From NCBI GenBank assembly GCA_963702435.1, contig CAVPCR010000003.1, positions 352,001 to 416,000 on the forward strand: 64,000 nt of DNA, given 5' to 3'. Shown here in pieces: positions 54,074 to 64,000 of this stretch. Both the position numbers and the translations under genes were made by a program. Within the stretch, counting starts at the first letter, position 1. The number at the start of each line of letters is the position of its first letter. Source of the stretch: Candidatus Eiseniibacteriota bacterium. Its GTDB lineage: Bacteria > Eisenbacteria > RBG-16-71-46 > CAVPCR01. The notes under the pieces were generated by a model. That model did no database searches and was not told where the DNA came from. It was given only the letters and a program-made list of their open reading frames with translations.

Positions 54074-55237
54074 GTGAGGGGCGGCGACGTCATCGTGAAC
54101 GGGGCCGGCGCCGAGAGGCTGGCGGCCGGCCACCTCTGGATCTTCCGCGGGCAGATCCTCCGCGGCGAGCCGGCGGACGGAGATCTCGTTCGCGTCTCCG
54201 ATCAGCGCGGCCGCTTCCACGGCGTCGCGTTCTACTCGGCGCAGTCGGCGATCGCGCTCCGTCTCGTGACGCCCGAGGACCGGCCGGTGGATCGCGCGTT
54301 CCTCGCCGCGCGCCTCACGGCGGCGCGCAGCCGGCGTGCGCGCTGGCTCCCGGGGGTTCCGGCGTACCGGCTCGTGCACGGGGAAGCCGACGGGATCCCG
54401 GGCACGGTCGTCGATGTCTACGGCGAGCACGTCGTGCTGCAGACATTGACGGCCGGCAGCGAGAAGCTGCTCGACGCGCTGGCGGCGGCGCTCGTCGATC
54501 TCCTCCGGCCCGCCTCGATCCTCCTCCGGAACGATGCCGGCGTCCGCCGGCTCGAGGGGCTGCCGCGCGAGGTGCGCCAGCTGCACGGCGTGACTCCGGA
54601 GCGCGTGCCCGTGCGCGAGGGCGCCGTGCACCTCACCGCGGACCTCCAGCACGGGCAGAAGACCGGGCTCTTCCTCGACCAGCGCGAGAACCGGATCGCG
54701 GTCGAGAGCCTCGGCGGAAAGAAGGTGCTCGACTGCTTCGCCTACGAGGGAGCCTTCGCCCTCCACGCGGCCCCCGGCGCCGAGCAGGTGGTCGCCGTGG
54801 ATGTCTCGACCGCGGCGCTCGCGCAGGTCGAGGTCCATGCCCGCCTGAACGGATTCACGCAGATCAGGACGCTCGAGGGAAATGCGTTCGACATCCTCCG
54901 CTCGCTCGCGGCGAGCGGCGAGCGCTTCGATCTCGTGATCCTCGATCCGCCCGCCTTCGCCAAGAACAAGGCGGCGCTCGAGGGGGCGCTCCGCGGGTAC
55001 AAGGAGATCAACCTGCGCGCGCTCAAGCTCCTCGTGCCCGGCGGACACCTGGTCACGGCGAGCTGCTCGTATCACATGACCGAGCTGCGGTTCGAGGAGA
55101 TGCTGCGCGATGCGGCGGCGGACGCGCGGCGCACGGTGCGCGTCATCGCCCGGCGCGGCCAGGCGCTCGACCACCCGGTGCTCCTCGGCGTGCCCGAGAC
55201 GTCGTATCTCAAGTGCTGGGTGCTCGAGGCGGAATGA
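54074..55237 (+). CDS. rlmI: RlmI-like class I SAM-dependent rRNA methyltransferase
   Basis: PUA-like GHLWIF, RLVHGEADGIPG, GQKTGLFLDQREN, FDLVILDPPAF, TASCS, PETSYLK. Confidence 0.85.
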   Translation: MRGGDVIVNGAGAERLAAGHLWIFRGQILRGEPADGDLVRVSDQRGRFHGVAFYSAQSAIALRLVTPEDRPVDRAFLAARLTAARSRRARWLPGVPAYRLVHGEADGIPGTVVDVYGEHVVLQTLTAGSEKLLDALAAALVDLLRPASILLRNDAGVRRLEGLPREVRQLHGVTPERVPVREGAVHLTADLQHGQKTGLFLDQRENRIAVESLGGKKVLDCFAYEGAFALHAAPGAEQVVAVDVSTAALAQVEVHARLNGFTQIRTLEGNAFDILRSLAASGERFDLVILDPPAFAKNKAALEGALRGYKEINLRALKLLVPGGHLVTASCSYHMTELRFEEMLRDAAADARRTVRVIARRGQALDHPVLLGVPETSYLKCWVLEAE

Positions 55238-55238
55238 G

Positions 55239-58200
55239 CTAGGGACCTGGAGCGGCGTCCGGCCGCCCGCGAATTGCCGCGGTGCGCGTGCGGCTGTCGC
55301 CCGCGAGAAGCTGCGCGGCCCTGGCGCGCGCCGCCGCCGCGGGAGACGCCGGGGGACCACCACGCAATTCTGCACCATGGGCGGTCACCGCTTCTCTGAG
55401 CGCTGCCGCCTCGCCCCGGGAATCCACCGGCAGGGCCCGGGCCGTATCGGCGGCGCTGGTGGCCGGCAACCCTCCCCCCGCCTCCATCCACCCGAGCCGC
55501 GCCAGGGCCACATCCACGTGCGAGGCGAGGGCGGCGCTCATCGGAGCGAGCATGGTGCCCGACGGCATGGCCGCGAGCACCGGCACCGCGCGCGGATCGC
55601 CGCCGGCGCCAAGGGCGTCGATCAGGAGCCCCGCGCGGTAGGAGTCCCCGCGCTCCGCGAGCGCGCGCGCGAGATCGGCCGTCGCGAGCGGACCCGCCCG
55701 CCCCAGGGAACGCGCGGCGGCGAGCCGCACGCCGGCGCTCGAATCCGCGAGCGCCGCGATGAGCTTGGCCGGCGCCGCCGCCAGCTCCGGCGCAGGCGTC
55801 GCGAGCGAATCCCGGCGCGCCGCCTCGAAGCGCTCCCCGAGCGCGAGCGCGGCGGCCTGCCGCACCGAGCGATCGGGGTCGGCGAGCCCCGCGGTGAGGA
55901 CCGAGAGCGAGCGCGCGCCGCCGCCGCGCCCGAGCGCGAGCAGCGGATCCCGCCCGCACCCGCCAGCTCGGGTGCCTTGTCGCCCGCGCGAGCTCGCGCT
56001 CGACACCGGTCGCCTCGACGCGCTCGAGGCACCACGCCGCGCCGCGCGCCGCGCGCTCGTCGGGCCCGGCGAGCACCGCAGCGAAGTCCTTCTCGACCAG
56101 CTCCGGCCCGAGAAGGAGCGCGAGATCCTTGATCGCATGCCGCTCGACGGCCTCGCGGGTGCCGAGGCGCGCGGCGAGCTCGCGCGAGCCAGCGCGTCCG
56201 CGGCGCGATGATCTCCGCGCGCGCCCGGTCCCGCTCGGTCGTGAAGCGCGGAGCGCCCGCGGATGCGCGCGCGAAGAGCCGCGCGAAGGAGAGCGTGCGG
56301 AAGCTGTCGGGCACCGCGGCGAGCGGGGCGACCGCGGGGCGCGGTTCGTAGGGCTCGCGCTCCGGCGGCGCGACCCGCTCGAGCGGGCCGAGCGCGGGCG
56401 GCGATGCGAGGCCCGGCCACGGCGGGGCGGCGAGCTCGGCGAGCGCCGCGATCGCCGCCTGCGCGGCGTCGACGCCGATCCCGTGCTCGCCGTTCTGCCA
56501 CAGGCGCTCGTCCGACGCTGCCGAACCGAGATAGAGGTCCATCCCACCGGCATCCACGAGGAGCCCCACGCTCCCCTGATGGCGCCGCAGGTTCCCGTAG
56601 CCCTGGGTCGTCGCCGCGTTCCGCACCGTGTACGAGTCGTCCCCGGCGAGATCGAGGAGGAGCCCCGCACCGTTCGCGTTCCCGGCGCCCTGGCCGAGAT
56701 CGCTCGCGTCGTAGCGATCGTTCCCGGCCCCGTCGACGAGCGCGCCGAGCCCGAGGTCGTGCCCGCAGCCCTGCGAGACGCCCTTCGTGCGGTAGAGATC
56801 GTCGCCCGCCTCGTCCACGAGCGCGGCCACGGCCACGTGCACGCCGGCGCCCTGCGTGTAGTTGAACCCGTCGTAGTGGTCGTTGCCGCCGCGATCGACG
56901 AGGCCGCCGAGCGCGCACCAGTACGCGCTCCCCTGCGCGAACACCTCGGCCAGGTAGCGATCGTGGCCGCCGCCGTCCACGAGCAGCCCGATGCCGCCCG
57001 AGCCGCGCGGCCGGAGCCCGTAGCCGAAGCCCTGCGCCATGCTGAGGGTGGTCGTCGGATCGCGGAGGAGATCCGAGAATCGAGGCTGGCAGAGATAGAC
57101 ATCCTCGCCCGCCTGGTCGGCAAGGAGTCCGAGCCCGCCGACGAAGCCGAATCCCTGCGTGTACGTGCTGCCCTGATAGAGGTCGCGCCCGCTTACATCG
57201 CGAAGGAGCCCGAGTCCGAAGGCCCCCGCGCCGAGGCTCATGCTGCCGCAGAGATAGCGATCCTCTCCGCTCTCATCGACGAGGAGTCCGAGCCCGGCGA
57301 ACGCGGCGCCGCAGGAGCCGTCCGCGGCCCGGTAGAGGTCGTCCCCGGCGAGGTCGACGAGGATGCCGTAGCCGAGGAGCCCCGCCGCGAGCGAGTAGGG
57401 CGCCGGCCCCTCGTAGGTGTCGTTCCCGGACACATCCACCGCCAGCGCAAGAAGTCCCGGCTGGCCGCCGTTTCCTCCGGCGCCCGCCGCGTACACGTCA
57501 TCGCCCCCGAGATCGACGATGAGCCCGCAGGGGATGAGGTAGCGCGTCGGCCCGGGCCCGCCGAGGACGGCGGGGCGCCCGTCGGCGAGGCGGTAGACCG
57601 CGAGGACATCCCCCGCGGCCGGCGGGTCTCCGACCCAGCGCGGAACGGGAAGCGTCCGGCCGCCGCCCGGGGCCGCGGCGCGCGTCAGCCCGCCCGCCGC
57701 CACCGCGCGGTCCGCCAGATGGGCCGCCGCCACCGCCGCGGCGAGGAGTTCCTGCCGATCGATCCGTCCCGCCGCGGTCAGCACGCGGGCGACGACCGAG
57801 TCGGAAGCCGCCTCCGCCGCTGCGATCTCGTCGATGCCGAGGGATGCTTCCTCCTCGTCGAGGCGGAGGAGGTCGGGACCCGCGGTCGCGAGCAGGGATC
57901 GCTCGGCGCTCGCGATGGCGTCGAAGGCGGCGCCCCAGGCAAAGCTCCCCTCGCCGCCGACGAGCGCGGCAAGTTCGACGAAGACCGCGTCGAGGTCTTC
58001 GCCGGCCGCGCTCGGGAGCGCCTTCCCATCCTCGCCGCCCGGAGCCGGCGCTCCGCCGCGCAGCACCCCGGCAGCTGCCGCGACGAGCCCCGCGCAGTCG
58101 GGCGCCGCGGCGAGCATGTGCGCCAGGCTGTCCACCGTCGCCGCCGTGTGCCGTGGATTCACGAGCAGCCCATCCACGAGGCGAAGGCGGAACGGATCGG

Positions 58201-58375
58201 GATCCTCGTAGTCGGTGCGGAAGGAGACATCGGCGGGACGGAGACAGGCGACGGAGAGAGCGCCCGCGAGGAGCGAGTCGACCGCGGGCGCGGGGGGGAG
58301 CGCGGCGCTGCCGGTCGCGGCGCCAAGAAACGCCAGGCCGAACCCGGCGAGAATCAGCGTCACGTGGCTTCTCAT
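55239..58375 (-). CDS. Large secreted protein with Gly/Asp-rich 'LxDxxGxDxY' repeats and C-terminal HEAT repeats (two +1 frameshifts)
   Basis: Signal peptide; about 10 DxxG(D/N)DxY repeats; HEAT motifs HPSWRVR and LADPDRSVRQAAALALG. Extra bases at ~56203 and ~55944. Confidence 0.7.
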
Positions 58376-58473
58376 GATCGATCGCCTCACCACGACCTTC
58401 GATCCACTACGCTCGGGCGGCCACGGAGCGCGACGCCACTACGTGCGCGGCGGCCACCGCGAGCTGCGACCGA

Positions 58474-59964
58474 CTACAATCCGCGGCCGTCCTTGAACGC
58501 ACCACCGAGCCAGCGCACGATCCGCGGCGCCGCCTCCTCCACCTCGCGGAGGAGGGCGGTGCCGTGCGCGGCGCCCGGGAAGACAACGACCTCCGAGCGC
58601 GCGCGATCGAGCCCGGCGAGCATGGCCTCCGCTCCCGCCATCGCGGTCGGATCGTCCGCGGCGGCGAGGATCAGGGTCGGCCGGCGGCGCTCGGCGGTCA
58701 CGGCCGCGACGAACGGCGCGGCCGGACCCGGGCTCAGGAGTACGAGAGCCTTGATCTGCGTCTCGCCCGCCGCGGCGAGCGCCGCCACGAACCCGCCGAG
58801 GCTTGCCCCGACGAGAGCGACGGGCTGCCCTCGCACTTCCGGCAGCGCGCCGAGGTGGCGTTGCGCGGCCATCACATCGAGCAATGCGCCGTGGATGAAA
58901 CTCGCCATGTCGTCCACGAAGACGCGCGGCGCGTACACGGCCGGGGTGACGGAAGCTCCGTGTCCGCGGGGATCGAGCGTGAGCGCGGTCACGCCCGCCG
59001 CGGCCAGCGCCCGGGCCAGGGAATCGAGATCAGCGCGCGCGCCGCCGAACATGGGTACGAGGATGGCCGCCGGGGTCCGCTCCTTGCCGGCGCCGCGGTA
59101 CAGAGTGGCCGCGAGCGGAAACCCGTCGACCGCCTCGAGGCGAAGGATGCGGCCGCCGGCCGCCTCGATCCCCTCGAGCTCCGCCACGTCGCGCGCCACG
59201 ACTTCTCTCTCCACGTCCTGCTCGATCGGGAGCGGCTTCCCGGCCGGCGTCGTGCGATAGAGGCGTCGCAACCGGGCCCGGAGGTCCGGATCCACGCCCC
59301 GGGCGCGCACGAGATCGGCGACCAGGAGGTCCGTGGCGTCCTCGATGCGCCCGGCCGCATCGTACACATCCACGAGATGGCTCCGGATCTCCGGGGTGTC
59401 GGGCGCCATGCGGTTGGCAAGCTCGAGCGTGGTGATCGCCGAGTCGAGCTTCCCCTGCCGGAAGAAGGTCCAGCCGAGCGAGTCCCGGTAGTACCCGAGC
59501 ACGTGCTCCGGCGTGTCCGGCGATGCAACGGCCAGGGCTCGCCGCACGAGCTCCTCGGCGCGCGCGAGCTCCACGTTGTCGTCGGCGTAGAGGTAGCCGA
59601 GCGTGTTGAGAAGGTCGGCGTCCTCGGGCCGGCCCGCCACCGCCATCTCCAGGTAGCGCGCAGCCTCCTCGTTGAGCCCCTGGTTCACGTAGAGGCGGCC
59701 GAGCGCGTCGGCGGCCCGGTAGACCCAGGGTTCGGCGGTCGCTTCGTGTCCCGCGATGAGCTGCTCGAGCGCGAAGATGCGGAACTCCGGCGGCAGGCTC
59801 GGATCGGTGAGCAACGAGTCGACGGCGGCCGCGCGCTCGCCCGAGGTCAGGCCGTCCTCCGCGCTTGCCGGCGGCGAACTCGCCGCCACCGCGCAGAGCA
59901 CGAAGAGCGCGATGCGGAGGACGCGCGCCACGGCGGCGCCACGGAGCCATCGATCTGACAGCAT
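58474..59964 (-). CDS. Secreted TPR + alpha/beta-hydrolase fusion
   Basis: Signal peptide; TPRs (LNTLGYLYAD, DSLGWTFFRQG); DPRGHGAS, GASLGG nucleophile elbow, ADD, AHGT. Confidence 0.8.
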   Translation of the reverse strand: MLSDRWLRGAAVARVLRIALFVLCAVAASSPPASAEDGLTSGERAAAVDSLLTDPSLPPEFRIFALEQLIAGHEATAEPWVYRAADALGRLYVNQGLNEEAARYLEMAVAGRPEDADLLNTLGYLYADDNVELARAEELVRRALAVASPDTPEHVLGYYRDSLGWTFFRQGKLDSAITTLELANRMAPDTPEIRSHLVDVYDAAGRIEDATDLLVADLVRARGVDPDLRARLRRLYRTTPAGKPLPIEQDVEREVVARDVAELEGIEAAGGRILRLEAVDGFPLAATLYRGAGKERTPAAILVPMFGGARADLDSLARALAAAGVTALTLDPRGHGASVTPAVYAPRVFVDDMASFIHGALLDVMAAQRHLGALPEVRGQPVALVGASLGGFVAALAAAGETQIKALVLLSPGPAAPFVAAVTAERRRPTLILAAADDPTAMAGAEAMLAGLDRARSEVVVFPGAAHGTALLREVEEAAPRIVRWLGGAFKDGRGL

Positions 59965-60000
59965 ACCTAGTGATGTCCCTTGCCCGGCCGGAGGGCGCGA

Positions 60001-61179
60001 TCAGAGGGGCGGCACGGTCCCGACGAGCGCCGCCACCGGCTCCCCGGCCACCTCGACCACGCGCTGGATGACCTCGCCCAGCTTGTTGTCGGGCGTCGAG
60101 GCCCCGGCGGTGAAGCCGATGACAACCGCGCCCGCGGGCAGCCAGTCGCGGGTCGTCAACCGCTCCGGCCGATCGAGCCTGAGATGGTGGATCGAGTCGG
60201 CCGTGATCTCCGAGGCCTCCTCGATATGGTAGGTGGGCACCTGTGCGGCCGCAATCCGCGCGAGGTTGTGCGTGTTCGAGCTCTCGTAGCCGCCCACCAC
60301 GATCATGAGGTCGAGCGGCGGCGAGGCGAGGAGCTCGAGCACCGCATCCTGGTTCTCCTGCGTCGCGCTGCAGATGGTGTCGAAATCGCGGAAGTGCTCC
60401 CTGAGCGCGCCCGCTCCGAAGCGCCGCGCCATGGCGGCGGCGATCCGGCGCGCGATCTCGCGCGATTCGCTCGCCAGCATGGTGGTCTGGTTGACGAGGC
60501 CGATCCGTCCGAGGTGGAGCTCGGGATCGAATCCCGGCGACGTGGCGCCCCCCAGCCGGAGCGCGAGGTCGTCGCGCGGTGTCTCGCCGCCGAGGACGGC
60601 GCACAGGAGGTCGGCCTCCGCGAGGTCGGAAACGACGATGTAGTGCCCGCCCCGGCTCCGGATGAGGGAGCAGGTGGCGCGGGTCTCGTCGTGGCCGACC
60701 TTGCCGTGAATGACGAGGCTGAATCCATCCCCGACCAGCCGCTCGGTGCGCCGGTGCGGGCGCTCGACCCAGGGACAGGTGGTATCGAGGACCGTGCAGC
60801 CGATCGCGGCCAGCTGCTCGAGGTCCTCGACCTCGGCCGAGAACGCAGGGATGACCACGAGGTCCTCGGGGCGAAGCCGGGCAAACGCGCTGCCCGCCTC
60901 GCCGCCGCCCTTCACGAAGCGGACGCCGCGCGCAGCCAGATCACGGTTCACCGACGGATTGTGGATGATCGGGGAGAGGAGCCAGATCGAGCGGCCCGGG
61001 TTCTGCGCGATCGCCTCGTGGATCATGGTGACCGCCTTGTCCACGCCCCAGCAGAACCCGAAGTTCCTGGCGCAGCGGAGCGTGAGGCGACCGATCCCGA
61101 GCTCGAAGCCGGCCTCGCGCAGCCGGTCGATGATCGGACTCCGATAGGAGGCGCGAGCCACTGGAAACACCTGGATCAT
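60001..61179 (-). CDS. ispH: 4-hydroxy-3-methylbut-2-enyl diphosphate reductase
   Basis: FGFCWGV, IIHNP, DTTCPWV, NQTTM, DTICSATQENQ, SSNT, TAGASTPD. Confidence 0.95.
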   Translation of the reverse strand: MIQVFPVARASYRSPIIDRLREAGFELGIGRLTLRCARNFGFCWGVDKAVTMIHEAIAQNPGRSIWLLSPIIHNPSVNRDLAARGVRFVKGGGEAGSAFARLRPEDLVVIPAFSAEVEDLEQLAAIGCTVLDTTCPWVERPHRRTERLVGDGFSLVIHGKVGHDETRATCSLIRSRGGHYIVVSDLAEADLLCAVLGGETPRDDLALRLGGATSPGFDPELHLGRIGLVNQTTMLASESREIARRIAAAMARRFGAGALREHFRDFDTICSATQENQDAVLELLASPPLDLMIVVGGYESSNTHNLARIAAAQVPTYHIEEASEITADSIHHLRLDRPERLTTRDWLPAGAVVIGFTAGASTPDNKLGEVIQRVVEVAGEPVAALVGTVPPL

Positions 61180-61219
61180 GTTGCGCTCACTCTACCATGA
61201 CCTCGGTTGGCGGAAAGCC

Positions 61220-61254
61220 GAAGGGCCGGCTCCCTGAACGGGAACCGGCCCTTC
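61220..61254 (-). terminator. Hairpin downstream of the rRNA operon
   Basis: gaagggccgg...ccggcccttc immediately after the 5S gene. Confidence 0.6.
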
Positions 61255-61263
61255 TCAAGTAAA

Positions 61264-61381
61264 TCCCGGCGACGTCCTACTCTCCCACACAGTCTCCCAT
61301 GCAGTACCATCGGCGCTGGAGGGCTTAACTGCCGTGTTCGGAATGGGAACGGGTGTTTCCCCTCCGCCATGGTCACCGGAA
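61264..61381 (-). rRNA. rrf: 5S rRNA
   Basis: Conserved CCCGTTCCCATTCCGAACACGG..GCCGATGGTACTG..GGGAGAGTAGG on the minus strand. Confidence 0.97.
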
Positions 61382-61606
61382 ACTCGTCGGCAGACGGCGC
61401 GCGTGCCGCTGCCAAGCTCGACAACTGCATACCGGGATGAACGGAAGTCGCGTGACCGTGCACGTTTTAGTTCGGTCAAGCCTCACGGCGGATTAGTACC
61501 GGTCGGCTGAATGCGTTGCCGCACTTACACCTCCGGCCTATCGACCAGGTCATCTCCCTGGAGCCTTTAGGCAGGTTACCCTGCGGGAGACCTTATCTTG
61601 AGGTGA

Positions 61607-61637
<31 letters not shown>

Positions 61638-61751
61638 TCCTCCCAACATAGCTACCCAGCGGTACCACTGGCGTGATAGCTGGCACACTAGAGGTTGGTC
61701 CGTCCCGGTCCTCTCGTACTAAGGACAGCTCCTCTCAAGTCTCCTGCGCCC

Positions 61752-61905
<154 letters not shown>

Positions 61906-62072
61906 CGGGGAAGATCAGCCTGTTATCCCCGGGGTACCTTTTATCCGTTGAGCGACGGCCCTTCCACTCGGAACCGCCGGGTCACTAAGCCCTGCTTTCG
62001 CACCTGCTCGACCTGTTTGTCTCGCAGTCAAGCTCCCTTCTGCCTTTGCACTCGACGCGTGATTACCGACCA

Positions 62073-62103
<31 letters not shown>

Positions 62104-62109
62104 CTTTTG

Positions 62110-62142
<33 letters not shown>

Positions 62143-62390
62143 GCAATGTCCCTACGCCTGATCAAAGGCTATAGGTTAGAATTCCAACAACACGAGGGTG
62201 GTATTTCAACGTTGGCTCCGCGGAAGCTAGCGCCCCCGCCTCAATGCCTCCCACCTATCCTACACACGCCTTGCCAGAACCCAATGCCAGGTTGCAGTAA
62301 AGGTCCACGGGGTCTTTCTGTCCAGTCGCGGGTAAACGGTATCTTCACCGCTGCTTCAGTTTCGCCGAGCTCTTGGTCGAGACAGCGGTC

Positions 62391-62443
<53 letters not shown>

Positions 62444-63066
62444 CGGTTAACCCCTCCGGTTTCCCGGAGAGCCGGACTTTATCTTGACTGGCCTCGGTTC
62501 ATCTGGCCGGCGATAACGCGGATTCGCGCAATCCCGGCCTCGCTCAGATGATCCCCCCGCTCCATCATGAGGAGAATGCGGCGGAACTTGATGAAGTCCA
62601 GCCGCTTCCTCGACTTGAGCGGGCTCTTGACGAAGAAGGGAACGATGGTCTCGCGGAGCTGGTCTGCGCCGCGCACTCTGTACGCCATCCGGTCGCCGTG
62701 GTTGCGCTGTACAACGCCGCAACCGAAGAACGCCTTCAAAGCGTGAAGTAGCTGCACATCCCGCTCGTGCTGCACGACACTGAATTCGGGCAGCACCTGG
62801 AATCCGGCCTGCATCTCCGGATGGGGGTTCACCCCGACGAAGAAGCAGCCTTCACCATCCACGAAACCGGTTACCCATCCTGCATCAAGTTCCATCAGCC
62901 AGCCCCGAACGTAAAGTCTCTGAGGGTTCTCGCGGATGCGAGCCTTCCCTGCGGATTGTCCCCATGTCCGATCGGATTTTTACTGCCGCCTGAGCAGCGA
63001 GTACCGATCGGCTGTGCGAGGAGTTTCCCGCATATAGTTCGGTTTTACTAAGGCTAGCGTCTTCTA
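62444..63066 (-). mobile_element. Group I self-splicing intron at 23S L1931 (E. coli numbering), 623 nt
   Basis: Exons CCTAAGGT|AGCGAAATTCC. The 5' exon ends in U and the intron ends in G; IGS GCCTTAG; P ATGCGGGAAA, Q AATCCGCAGG, R TCAGAGACTTTA, S AAGATAAAGTCC. Confidence 0.95.
62479..62895 (-). CDS. Single-motif LAGLIDADG homing endonuclease (intron-encoded)
   Basis: [47 protein letters not shown]; 138 aa, intact. Confidence 0.95.
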   Translation of the reverse strand: MELDAGWVTGFVDGEGCFFVGVNPHPEMQAGFQVLPEFSVVQHERDVQLLHALKAFFGCGVVQRNHGDRMAYRVRGADQLRETIVPFFVKSPLKSRKRLDFIKFRRILLMMERGDHLSEAGIARIRVIAGQMNRGQSR

Positions 63067-63110
<44 letters not shown>

Positions 63111-63204
63111 ATTTTGTAGCTTCGCCCCCGAAGGGGCTGACCACGCCACTTAACCTTCCGGCACCGGGCAGGTGTCAGACCCTATACGTCGCCTCATCGG
63201 CTTA

Positions 63205-63235
<31 letters not shown>

Positions 63236-63909
63236 TTGACCCATTTCTCTGCGCCCCCCCGCAGCTTTGTCCAGTATTGAACTGACCGCAGGAGGGACCC
63301 CTTATCCCGAAGTTACGGGGTCATTTTGCCGAGTTCCTTGACCAAGACTCACTCGAGCACCTTAGGATTCTCACCCCACCTACCTGTGTCGGTTTACGGT
63401 ACGGTCGTCCGACAAGCTCCCATAGAGGTTTTTCTTGGCAGCATGAGCCAGATCAGTTGGCTTGCCCGAAGGCTCGTTTCCCCATCACCTCTCGGAATTG
63501 CCCCTCTGGATTTGCCTGGAGGGACTCCCTACTGGCTTGGACCGGCACTTCCGATCGCCGGCTGATCCTTTTCTTCTGCGTCACCCCATAGGTGAAACGC
63601 TTGACTGACGGTACAGGAATGTTGACCTGTTTCCCATCACCTACGCCGTTCGGCCTCGGCTAAGGGACCGACTGACCCTGAGCGGATTAGCCTTCCTCAG
63701 GAAACCTTAGGTTTTCGGTGAGCGGGTTTCTCACCCGCTTTCTCGCTACTCGTCCCGGCATGATCACTTCCGCCTCGTCGACGGCACCTCACGATGCCGC
63801 TTCTTCCTAGTACGGAACGCTCCCCTACCAAATGCCATGGCGAACCATGACAAGTCCGCAGCTTCGGTGCTGTGCTTGAGCCCCGTGGATTGTCGGCGCG
63901 GAATCACTT

Positions 63910-63973
<64 letters not shown>

Positions 63974-64000
63974 AAGTAGTTCCACATCCTTAATCACTTA

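Overview
A 64-kb stretch of a very GC-rich bacterial chromosome. It is probably a metagenome-assembled genome from an FCB-related candidate lineage such as Eisenbacteria, Krumholzibacteriota or Latescibacterota. That placement is inferred from secreted proteins ending in FlgD-Ig-like domains or a 'TWGxIKxxYR' tail and is not verified. Most of the window is core genome: ffh-rpsP-khpA-rimM-trmD-rplS-rnhB-yraN, ruvB-queA-tgt-yajC-def-fmt-rsmB-PASTA-rpe, trpS, rpoZ, a heterodimeric ABC exporter, icmF, class II RNR nrdJ with NrdR boxes, purF, ispH, an arsR-arsM pair, several secreted or lipoprotein genes, and the 3' part of an rRNA operon (23S, 5S). No CRISPR array, integrase, transposase or reverse transcriptase was seen. 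The most interesting items are: (1) a group I intron at 23S position L1931 carrying an intact single-motif LAGLIDADG homing endonuclease; (2) an unannotated 6S-like RNA starting just downstream of a sigma54-type -24/-12 motif, plus a second such motif in front of a structured region upstream of ruvB; (3) a c-di-GMP-I-like riboswitch variant upstream of a secreted Cys-rich protein, whose C-terminal motif and terminator are duplicated as an orphan cassette; (4) eleven +1 frameshifts confined to three genes, most of which read as a codon with two alternative wobble bases, most likely a strain-merging consensus artefact; (5) a structured ~300-nt nrdJ leader; (6) a possible ornithine-to-proline-to-glutamate module. 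All product calls come from motif recognition by eye; no database searches were run.
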